A stretch of DNA of 64,000 nt from Oscillospiraceae bacterium (GTDB lineage: Bacteria > Bacillota > Clostridia > Oscillospirales > CAG-272): assembly GCA_015065005.1 (NCBI GenBank), contig SVRE01000001.1:10593-74592 (forward strand), written 5' to 3'. A program made the position numbers and the translations under genes. The notes under the pieces are model-generated. The model did not search any database, was not told the DNA's origin, and saw only the letters and a list, made by a program, of their open reading frames with translations. The stretch's first letter is position 1. Every line of letters begins with the position of its first letter. Below are positions 35,911 through 44,236 of this stretch, in pieces.

Positions 35911-38821
35911 ATTTGCCAAGTGTGTTGAACTTGTACTTGTATCCGTCTGATGCTCTCTTTTTCTTAAATAGTGTGAAGTAAAGTGTCAAAATTGTTCCTG
36001 CGATAAGAAGAAGCCCGCCAACTATTGCGGTGATAATCATCCACAAAGGAATTTCGTTGCCTGTCAGCTTGTTAATACCCTCTGTAAAGCTTTCGTTACA
36101 GCGCTTACAGGTGATTCTTCTGATACCGGATACCATTTCGGTAGGCTCTCTTTCCACGTAGCCCTCATCCCAATCGTGATTTTTGCTATCCTTTGAAAGA
36201 GTTGTTCGCCTTATACCGGAATCGCTGGAGCAAATGGTACATCTGAATTCCTTAACACCCGTATCTACACAGGTTGGTGTTTTGATTATTGTGCCCGCAT
36301 CCCACTTGTGGTTGTCACCGGACAACGGAAGCGGAGCATCCAATGTCTTAGAGCAGATTTTACAAGTGACCCTTGCAATACCGTACTCACCACAGTTTGA
36401 TTCCTTTATGATTACCTTATTTTCCTCATCGTATTGATGGGCGCCGCTTGGTGTCAAAAGCTGAGAGCTTGGCAGCATTGCATCATCATAATTCAATTTG
36501 GAGCAAAGGGTACATTTTCTAACCCAATAATAGTAATCCTCACAAATAGAGCCGTCCTCAAAGAATTGAAAAGTTTGCATATTTGCAAACAAGGGACCTC
36601 TGCAATCGTCTGTATAAACGTGTGCATCCGGGTTTGTCTTTTCATTTACAATTTTTGAGTTTGCAATTTCATCATTACAGTTCAAGCACTTGTCAACAGT
36701 GTAGCCCTGTGTTGAGCAGGTAGGCTCAACGTGGATGTTCTTGAAATCGTGGGTAAGCTGTGGCACAAAGCTATCCTTTAATTCGTATGAGCAATACTTA
36801 CATTCGTGATGTGTATATCCTTCCTTGTAGCAGGTCGGTTCATATACGGTGATATCACACTGATGCTCTGTATAAACAATAGGGTTATTGCCAAATTGCT
36901 GGTTGGCGCCGTCATATGTTTTGCCAAGCTGGTCACGGAAAACCGCTGATACGGTAAGGCCCTGGAAGGTTGAGGTATTACCCTCAATAAACACCTCTTG
37001 AACAGGTGTTATCTTTGAATCCAGGCGGAAAGCACCGTTGTCAATCCTTTCAACGTTTTTACCGATGGTAAGCGCATTCATACGAATATTGTTAAATGCG
37101 TTGCCCGAAATTGTTTTTGCATTAACAACCATATGGTCGATTACAACATTTGTGTGAATTTGTGAAAAGGCATTGTAGCCGATTGTGCCGCTTATATGCT
37201 CAAGGCCCTTAAGGGATTTAAGATTGGGGATATGGTAAAATGCATATTGCTCGATATCCTCCATTGACTCGGGAATTACAATTTCCTGCAAATGCTGATT
37301 CCTACAGAAAATACCTGTGTTTGCGTTGTTACGTGTATTTCCGTAAACCTTTTTTGTGCCAAGAGGAATTTCAACGGAAATAATCTTTTCCTCTGTTACA
37401 TTGTAATTGTACTGAATATATTCTGTACTGAAGGAAAGGGCATAGAATGGATTTTCTGTATCAAAGGAATAAAGCGCTCTTGCTGGTACTCTGATAGCCT
37501 TTTCCTGGTTTTTCAGGTCAAGAATGATAACTGTAACGTAAGTGTCAATTGGGTTTGGATAGAAGGTTTCGTAGGTCGTAGCCTCGTCACACTTCTGGCA
37601 GTAGTGCTTGTAAATACCTGCCTGTGTCTTTTCTTCAGTATTAATCAAGGGCTGTACAACGGATGTAATGGTTGAGTGTCCGATTCCGTTTGGAAAATCA
37701 ACGGTGTCCTCTACATTACAGTAGCTGCATTTGTAAACAATGGTTGCAGCCTCTGTACAGGAGCTTGGAATGCCGGAGGAGTAAACACGGTTGTGGGCAC
37801 AGGAGGCAAACTTGTAGTATCCTGTTGAATCATCATACTTGAATGTGTAGTTTTTATCCGGGAAGCAGCCTGCAATATCAAAGGAGAAGTAACCGCCTGT
37901 AATAGCCGCTTGGTATTTGGTGTAATCACGGGCGTATCCGTTCAATCTGCCTAAATTAAACTTGCCGCCAAGCACGGATAGGTTAACAAGCCTGTCCACC
38001 TTATATCCGCCTATATCCTCAAAGAAATATTCGCAATTTGTTGTGATTTCAGCTGTTTCATAAACAGTAAAGTCGGCACATGAAATGCCTGATGTGCGTA
38101 GCAGCTTTTCGCAGCTCAGCCCACCGTACACAGATGCACTGAACACACCGTCATAGGCTGAAATGTTGGTGCTTATGTTCACAAAGCACTCGTTTGTACT
38201 AACGGATGTGCTCTTGTCAACAGAAACAAAAAGAGTATTAAAGCTTGTTGTCGGGGAAAGACAAACAAGTCCTGTTGTGGCAAGTCCGGGTATTTGCGCC
38301 CCGTTTGTGTGGATAACCTTGCCGCCGCCTGTGAACACCACGCCTGTGTCAGTGCCAAATATTCCGCCGCCCTTTGTGTTGATTGAGAGGGTGTGGCCGT
38401 TAGTGTCTAAAACGAATACACCTCTGTTCAATACAAGCTCCTTATCAATGGCAAAGCTGTTTGTCAGCTTTACATAGGTACACTGGGCCTCAATTGCGGC
38501 ACAAAGCTCCTCACCCGAAGAAACCTCACGCCCTGCCACAAGGTAAAGCACAGAGTCACCTGCAACGGAGGCTGCCTTACCGCCTTCATAAATCTTACCC
38601 TTGTTATCAACCCAGCCGTAGAAGGTATCTCCATCCTTCAGGTTTGGAATTATAGTGGTAAAATCCTTCCCTGCTTCTACAAATTGGGTATAGACAAAAT
38701 CTCCATACTTGTATGTAACCTTAACGTTTGGGGCTGCAACCGCGCTCAGCGAAAAAATTGCAACCAATGACAAAATAGCAACGATGGCTATTGACAGTTT
38801 TAAAAGCCTTGATTTATTCAT
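35909..38821 (-). CDS. large membrane-anchored surface protein (Listeria-Bacteroides repeat, beta-helix-like region, BspA-type LRRs, six H..C..G..CxxC modules, C-terminal TM anchor)
   Basis: Signal peptide ...SLSAVAAP. GDTFYGWVD repeat. LRR_5 units around IEQYAFYHIPNLKSL. C-terminal IPLWMIITAIVGGLLLIAGTILTLYFTLF followed by KKKR. Confidence 0.75.
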   Translation of the reverse strand: MNKSRLLKLSIAIVAILSLVAIFSLSAVAAPNVKVTYKYGDFVYTQFVEAGKDFTTIIPNLKDGDTFYGWVDNKGKIYEGGKAASVAGDSVLYLVAGREVSSGEELCAAIEAQCTYVKLTNSFAIDKELVLNRGVFVLDTNGHTLSINTKGGGIFGTDTGVVFTGGGKVIHTNGAQIPGLATTGLVCLSPTTSFNTLFVSVDKSTSVSTNECFVNISTNISAYDGVFSASVYGGLSCEKLLRTSGISCADFTVYETAEITTNCEYFFEDIGGYKVDRLVNLSVLGGKFNLGRLNGYARDYTKYQAAITGGYFSFDIAGCFPDKNYTFKYDDSTGYYKFASCAHNRVYSSGIPSSCTEAATIVYKCSYCNVEDTVDFPNGIGHSTITSVVQPLINTEEKTQAGIYKHYCQKCDEATTYETFYPNPIDTYVTVIILDLKNQEKAIRVPARALYSFDTENPFYALSFSTEYIQYNYNVTEEKIISVEIPLGTKKVYGNTRNNANTGIFCRNQHLQEIVIPESMEDIEQYAFYHIPNLKSLKGLEHISGTIGYNAFSQIHTNVVIDHMVVNAKTISGNAFNNIRMNALTIGKNVERIDNGAFRLDSKITPVQEVFIEGNTSTFQGLTVSAVFRDQLGKTYDGANQQFGNNPIVYTEHQCDITVYEPTCYKEGYTHHECKYCSYELKDSFVPQLTHDFKNIHVEPTCSTQGYTVDKCLNCNDEIANSKIVNEKTNPDAHVYTDDCRGPLFANMQTFQFFEDGSICEDYYYWVRKCTLCSKLNYDDAMLPSSQLLTPSGAHQYDEENKVIIKESNCGEYGIARVTCKICSKTLDAPLPLSGDNHKWDAGTIIKTPTCVDTGVKEFRCTICSSDSGIRRTTLSKDSKNHDWDEGYVEREPTEMVSGIRRITCKRCNESFTEGINKLTGNEIPLWMIITAIVGGLLLIAGTILTLYFTLFKKKRASDGYKYKFNTLGK

Positions 38822-38985
38822 ATCTACTCCTATTTAAAACAAATAGTTATTCTTACACATTATTTATTATACATTAAATATAAGGGCTTGTCAATAAGAT
38901 TTTGTAGCAAAATGCCCAAGCTCGCAAAGAGCCCGGGCATTTCTATAAGCTTATTTAAACAATCCTGGGTTAAATATTTATGAGC

Positions 38986-40593
38986 TTACTTAAATAATCT
39001 TGGGTTGAATATTTCGTTTCCTGTTTCCTTATACCAATTAAAGGACACGGGCTTTTGGTTAACTAAATAATGTGAAGGGGTTGTTGTTTCCATCCAATCA
39101 AGGGGAATAAATTCATCAGCCTGGCGGGAGGCAATTTCAAATGCCTGCATAAGCTCCCTTTCCTCTTCCTCATTCAAAATTCCCGGCTTGCAGGAAACAA
39201 ATAGGGGGGAGCCGCTTTGGGCAAGTGCGAAAAGCCACTCCTTGTTAAGCTTCCAGTCAATAGCGCCCGTTATTCCCACACAGTCAGCATCTGACATAAA
39301 GAAGGAACGGTTTTGGCAATTCCTGAAGGCTAAGGTGTTAACACCCATTTTTGCTGTTCTTGACCATTCAAAGCCGCTTGTGTCATCACCTGTTCTGTTA
39401 AGCTGGTGTATGCCTGCGCAAAGGTGGCCTATACAGTTGCAGCCAATAATAACAGCGCCCTTTGATGAATCCTTGATTGCTTGGTAAAAATCCTTTACAA
39501 TCTGCGCGCTTGTTCTTGTTCGGTCATAGAAGCACCAGTCGGAGCTTGTCATGCTTTCGGGAATTTCAAAGCCCCATTTGCCGAAAATGTCAAAGGTAGA
39601 GAAGTCGTGCTTGATTAAGGTGTAGCCCCAATCAACAATTCTTGCGGTTGTTTCCTTTACATAGTTAATAACCTCAGGGTGGGACGGGTCAAGGACCTTA
39701 TTGCAGCGGCTTAAATACCACTCCTCGGGGAAGCCAACCTTTCTTGGCTCATCATCACGTCCGTCAATCAAATATCTTACCCAGATGCCCGGGCGCACTC
39801 CCTGTGCCTTTATGTCCTGTGCAAGTGCCTTCATATCGTGGAAGCGCTCATTAAGCTTATCCCAAGGTGCATCACAGGAGTTAAGCTGCCATCCGTCATC
39901 AATAACCATATAAGGGATATTTTCACAGTTACGGCACATTCTTTTTACAAATTTTGTGTCCTCAACAATTTCCGCCTGGGAGGATTTTCCGTAGGCGTAG
40001 TACCAGTTGTTTGAGCCGTACACAATATGGTCAGGCAAATAAGGGTTGGGACTCAGAACAGAGCAGAACTGCTGCAAGGCAGAGTATGCGCTCATATTTT
40101 CATATTCCTTGAAAACAACAGTTGCACATTCAAGCATTTTACCCTCAAGCAAAACGCCCTTGCCGCCGTTTCTTGTATCAAGCCAAAGGGTTACACCGCA
40201 CTCATCATACTGCCAGAAGGCAAGGGAGTTTGGCTGCACCTTGACACCCATACATTCGGTAAGCCTGTTACTGTAATCTCTGTTCATATCGCTGCCGTTT
40301 GATGTTGCAATATACCAGGGCATACATCTTTCAGGGCGGATGGTTTGCCACTGTAAGTCACCGTAGCCTCTTTCCCAAGCGTCCCCAAGAACCTTTACAT
40401 CAGTACGCATAGGTACATTCCAACGGATGCGGACAAAGGAAAGCCCTTTTTTGTAGGCGGTTGCATAGACGGTTAACTCATCACCCTCAAGGGTCAATTT
40501 TGCACAGCCGTCCTCACAGTATGTGGAGTCGGTCAGAAGGACTGACGTATCATCAAAATATAATGTAATGTTTGATGGAATAGTAATTTTCAT
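38986..40593 (-). CDS. alpha-galactosidase-like glycoside hydrolase (clan GH-D, GH36/GH27-like)
   Basis: YMVIDDGWQ motif, GVRPGIWV, IKHDF, SDADC. 535 aa. Family-level call only. Confidence 0.55.
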   Translation of the reverse strand: MKITIPSNITLYFDDTSVLLTDSTYCEDGCAKLTLEGDELTVYATAYKKGLSFVRIRWNVPMRTDVKVLGDAWERGYGDLQWQTIRPERCMPWYIATSNGSDMNRDYSNRLTECMGVKVQPNSLAFWQYDECGVTLWLDTRNGGKGVLLEGKMLECATVVFKEYENMSAYSALQQFCSVLSPNPYLPDHIVYGSNNWYYAYGKSSQAEIVEDTKFVKRMCRNCENIPYMVIDDGWQLNSCDAPWDKLNERFHDMKALAQDIKAQGVRPGIWVRYLIDGRDDEPRKVGFPEEWYLSRCNKVLDPSHPEVINYVKETTARIVDWGYTLIKHDFSTFDIFGKWGFEIPESMTSSDWCFYDRTRTSAQIVKDFYQAIKDSSKGAVIIGCNCIGHLCAGIHQLNRTGDDTSGFEWSRTAKMGVNTLAFRNCQNRSFFMSDADCVGITGAIDWKLNKEWLFALAQSGSPLFVSCKPGILNEEEERELMQAFEIASRQADEFIPLDWMETTTPSHYLVNQKPVSFNWYKETGNEIFNPRLFK

Positions 40594-40595
40594 TA

Positions 40596-41471
40596 TTAAT
40601 CTTCCTCTCGAAAGTTTGGTGTATATTTAACGCTTGATGCGCTTTTATCCTGTATGTATCCGTCATATCCCAATTCAATGGCGGCGTTGACCACACTGCT
40701 GTATTCAAAGGTGGTAATTTTTCGCCCAAGCTCCGGGTATTGCTCACTGCAAAACTCGGGGGTGTACTGCGCCATTAAGGAAAGCTTGAGCTTGGAAATG
40801 TCAAAGCTGTCATTTAAATCCTGTAAAATCGCAATGCTGTCTTTACGTAACGTGGGCAAAACAAGGTGTCTTACAATAACGCCCTTTTGCATAAGCCCGT
40901 TTTCATCAAAAACACATTTTGGCGCGATTTTAAGCATTTCGGCAAGCGCTCCTTTTGCAACCTGATAATAGTCACTTGCCTTTGAATATTTTTGGGAATA
41001 TTCAGGGGAAAAATATTTCATATCGGTAAGAAAAACATCCACGTACCCCGCCATTTTTGCAATTTCGCTATCAAGCTCATAGCCTGAGGTGTTGTACACA
41101 ACAGGGATTTTCAGCTCTCCTCTTATGAGGTCAAGCGCTTGGCGAACTTTGTCAGCATAATGGGTTGGTGTAACAAGATTTATGTTGCAAGCGCCCATTT
41201 CCTGTAAACGTAGCATTTCTTGCGACAGCGTTTCAACAGTGTACTCCTTGCCGTACCCACCGTGGCTTATATCTACGTTCTGACAGTAAACACATTTAAG
41301 GGGGCAGCCGCTAAAGAAAATAGCTCCGCTTCCCTTTTTGCCGCTTATGCAGGGCTCCTCCCACATATGCAGCATAACCTTGGCAATTTTTACCGTATCG
41401 CCCATTTTACAGTACCCTGTGTCTGTTTTTCGGTTAATTCCGCACCTGCGCGGACATAAATTACAGTTCAT
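40596..41471 (-). CDS. radical SAM protein (PflX/YjjW-like activating-enzyme type)
   Basis: FFSGCPLKCVYCQN CxxxCxxC cluster motif plus an N-terminal CNLCPRRC...GYC cluster. Confidence 0.8.
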   Translation of the reverse strand: MNCNLCPRRCGINRKTDTGYCKMGDTVKIAKVMLHMWEEPCISGKKGSGAIFFSGCPLKCVYCQNVDISHGGYGKEYTVETLSQEMLRLQEMGACNINLVTPTHYADKVRQALDLIRGELKIPVVYNTSGYELDSEIAKMAGYVDVFLTDMKYFSPEYSQKYSKASDYYQVAKGALAEMLKIAPKCVFDENGLMQKGVIVRHLVLPTLRKDSIAILQDLNDSFDISKLKLSLMAQYTPEFCSEQYPELGRKITTFEYSSVVNAAIELGYDGYIQDKSASSVKYTPNFREED

Positions 41472-41477
41472 AAAAGT

Positions 41478-41601
41478 CCTATTTTAATTGATTTATGTTC
41501 ATTTGGCGGTTGATTTGTGAATCACCCACACGTTGTTTTGCATTTTTGCGGAGAATTTGTGAATCGCCCCTGCAAGGCAACCTTAATTTTGCATTTTGCA
41601 T
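41478..41601. repeat. intergenic repeat block (AAATGCAAAATT word and GGGGCGATTCAC-type hairpin words, reverse orientation)
   Basis: TGATTTGTGAATCACCC (41511-41527), AATTTGTGAATCGCCCCTGCA (41554-41574), TTAATTTTGCATTTTGCATTT. Related words occur at 32853-32865, 43322-43335, 938-958 and 62141-62163. Confidence 0.55.
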
Positions 41602-41931
41602 TTAAATGCTTCCTGCTGTTAGTTTAATAATTTTTGCAATGCTGTCCGGCTGTACCTCTGCCTCGTGGGCGGTACGGTTTCTCTTGATTTCGCCGCATAT
41701 TCTGCACTTATGCAGGATAACGTAGCCCTTTTTAGGGTCTATTTCTACCTTTATTGGGTCCATAACTCCTCCGCAAGGGTTTTGCCTGTCCCCGGGCATA
41801 ATGTCAACGTGCTTGGAGCACAAGCATTTCGGACAGTGATTCCTTGAGGAATAGCCCAGCGGCTTTACCTCTGCACCGCAGTTTTCACATATAAAGCCGT
41901 TATCGTTTTTTGTAAATCTTTTGTTTTCCAT
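41602..41931 (-). CDS. RNHCP domain protein
   Basis: Literal RNHCPKCLCSKHVD motif plus additional Cys pairs, 109 aa. Confidence 0.75.
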   Translation of the reverse strand: MENKRFTKNDNGFICENCGAEVKPLGYSSRNHCPKCLCSKHVDIMPGDRQNPCGGVMDPIKVEIDPKKGYVILHKCRICGEIKRNRTAHEAEVQPDSIAKIIKLTAGSI

Positions 41932-41932
41932 A

Positions 41933-43300
41933 TTATTTTCCTACACAAAATCTTGAAAAAATGGTGCTTACAATTTCCTCGCTTGCCTCTCTTGCATCAA
42001 TCATATCAAGGTTGGAAAGGGCTTTTTCAAGGGCAAAAAGAACGATGTCAGGCGTTTGCCCAAATTCCAAAGCCTCTTTTGCGCACTCTGCCTCCTCAAG
42101 GGCTAAATTAACGCTTGAAAATTGCCTTGCGTTTGAGATAACCGCATCGCTTGACAAATCAATTTCACCAAGCTCATACAGCTCCTTGACTGTATCTGCA
42201 AGCAGGTCATAGCCTTGGCAATTTCTTGCACTGATATACACGGTTTTCAGACACGTGGTCCCTATTTTTTGCAAAAATTCCTGAGAAATCCCTCGGGATG
42301 TGTCTGCTTTATTGATAATTGCAATCGCGCTTTTATCTGCTGCACAGTCAAGAATATATTGGTCCTCATCTGTTTCGGGCACGCTTTGGTCAAAAACGCA
42401 GAAAAGCAGCTCCGAGTCGCTGATTTTTTCCTTTGCGCGTTCAATTCCTATTTTTTCAACAGTGTCAAGGCTGTCCCTGATTCCTGCGGTGTCAGCTAAA
42501 TTAAGGGTAACGCCGCCTAAGCTGGCTGTATGCTCAATAACGTCACGTGTTGTGCCAGCTATATCTGTAACGATAGCCAGGTTTTCTCCAAGCAGCATAT
42601 TGTAGAGGGAGCTTTTTCCTGCATTTGGTTTGCCGATAATTGCGGTTTTTATCCCCTCACAAACGGCCCTGCCCGCACGGTAGCTGCGCTTTAAGCTCTT
42701 AAGCTCACCTAAAACAAAGTCCAGGGCTTTTGTCATTTCCCCTCTTGCCACGTCCTCAATATCCTCGTCAGGGTAATCTACCGTTGCATATGCGTGGGCG
42801 ATTAAGCCAAGCATTTTTTCACGTATTGCCGAAATTTTATTTGACAAAGTGCCTCTTGCCTGTGAAGAGGACAAGCGGAGCTGGCTGTCCGTTTTTGCAT
42901 CTATCACGTTTCCCACAGCCTCCGCACGGGAAAGGGTCAGCTTTCCGTTTATGTAAGCGCGCTTTGTAAACTCCCCTGCCCCTGCCATTTTGGCACCGCA
43001 GGAAAGCACGCTTTCAAGAACCGCCTGGGTTACGTAAATGCCGCCGTGACAGCAAATTTCGCACACGTCCTCCCCTGTAAATGAGGCGGGAGACTTAAAA
43101 TAAGTCAAAATTCCGTCATCAATTATGTCACCGTCACGCAGAATTTCACCGTAGTAGCATTTACGCGGCTCTATATTTTCAGCTTTTGTGCGGACAACAC
43201 GCCGTGCAATTTCAAGGGCGTTATCCCCGCTTATTCTTATAACTGCCACACCGCCCTTGCCACGTGCGGTTGATACTGCGGCTATTGTCTCATTTAACAT
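41933..43300 (-). CDS. mnmE: tRNA modification GTPase MnmE (TrmE)
   Basis: GKPNAGKSS and DTAG G-domain motifs, C-terminal FCVGK, 455 aa. Confidence 0.95.
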   Translation of the reverse strand: MLNETIAAVSTARGKGGVAVIRISGDNALEIARRVVRTKAENIEPRKCYYGEILRDGDIIDDGILTYFKSPASFTGEDVCEICCHGGIYVTQAVLESVLSCGAKMAGAGEFTKRAYINGKLTLSRAEAVGNVIDAKTDSQLRLSSSQARGTLSNKISAIREKMLGLIAHAYATVDYPDEDIEDVARGEMTKALDFVLGELKSLKRSYRAGRAVCEGIKTAIIGKPNAGKSSLYNMLLGENLAIVTDIAGTTRDVIEHTASLGGVTLNLADTAGIRDSLDTVEKIGIERAKEKISDSELLFCVFDQSVPETDEDQYILDCAADKSAIAIINKADTSRGISQEFLQKIGTTCLKTVYISARNCQGYDLLADTVKELYELGEIDLSSDAVISNARQFSSVNLALEEAECAKEALEFGQTPDIVLFALEKALSNLDMIDAREASEEIVSTIFSRFCVGK

Positions 43301-43367
43301 AAAAAACTCCCTTCGGGAAATGCAAAATTAAGTATGGGTGGTTCGCCCGTAAGGCTAAGGTGCGCGT

Positions 43368-43922
43368 CTATTTCTTTTCCACAATGAAGAAATACGGTGA
43401 TGTTGGTGAGTTTACAATTTGAAATTTGGAAATGCTCATTTCAAAGCGAGAAAGAGTAGAGAAGTAGCTCTTGAGCATAACCCCTTCCTCGTACCCCTCG
43501 GCGTGTCCGGGGTAAACCGCAACTAACAAAATACCGTCATGGTCAAGCATTTTAATGGCGCCCTGCACAGCAGGTAATGTGGTTTCACGCTTGGTGGTTA
43601 AAGCCTTGTTTCCGCTGCCCGGCAGGTAGCCCAAATTAAACATGCCTGCTTTTATTTTTTCGCTTATATAGTTTTTCGCGTTGTGGTGGGAATCCAGAAT
43701 TAAGGTATAGTTTTTCGGGCAATTTTCCTTTTCCAAAAACTCGGCGGTGCTTTTTAAAGCCCCTTCTTGTATATCAAAGGCATAGACCTTGCCGCTTGCT
43801 CCAACAGTTTTGGAAAGAAAGCAGGTGTCGTGCCCATTCCCCATTGTAAAGTCAGCACATACATCCCCCTCCTTAAGATGTGAGAGTATGAAGTGTTTTT
43901 GTAATGTAAGTAAGTCAGTCAT
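43368..43922 (-). CDS. mnmM: class I SAM-dependent methyltransferase, YtqB/MnmM-like (tRNA mnm5s2U34 methyltransferase)
   Basis: [29 protein letters not shown] and FNLGYLPG align well with my memory of B. subtilis YtqB ([37 protein letters not shown]). Lies near mnmE. Confidence 0.75.
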   Translation of the reverse strand: [184 protein letters not shown]

Positions 43923-43944
43923 ATATTACTCCTTGAGTTCACAC

Positions 43945-44107
43945 GGCAGAACCGTATATCGTGCCGTTTAAGGCATACCGTATCTCGTTAAGATATATCG
44001 CGTCCGTCAGGACATACCGTAAAGAACGAGATTTGCGCTACGCACAAACGATATTGGTGTTGCCAACGATATTCGCTTGGCCAACGGTATTCCGCCTATG
44101 GCGGAGT
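43945..44107. repeat. hairpin-array repeat block (ACGATAT / CCGTAT word family)
   Basis: TGCCGTTTAAGGCA, TCCGTCAGGA, TGCGCTACGCA and CCGCCTATGGCGG mini-hairpins separated by (A)CCGTAT / ACGATAT(T) words. CGATATTCGCTTGGCCAACGG parallels CGATATGTTTCGCTTGGCGAAACG at 1081-1104. Confidence 0.65.
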
Positions 44108-44236
44108 TTATTAAATTATACCCTTAATTTGCCTCTTTGTCAAGTTATTATATATTTATCTTGACAAAATTAGCGGTTAGTGCTAAAATATAGTTGCTTA
44201 TTTTATTATTTACTTTTTTTGAAAGGAAATTGACCT

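Noticed and set aside
43923-44236. Expected T-box leader upstream of alaS (and similarly upstream of cysS).
   Set aside because: There is no T-box sequence (AAUUAGGGUGGUACCGCG type) or specifier/antiterminator layout. The alaS spacer is a repeat block plus a promoter, and cysS is co-transcribed with the CPBP gene through a 4-nt overlap.
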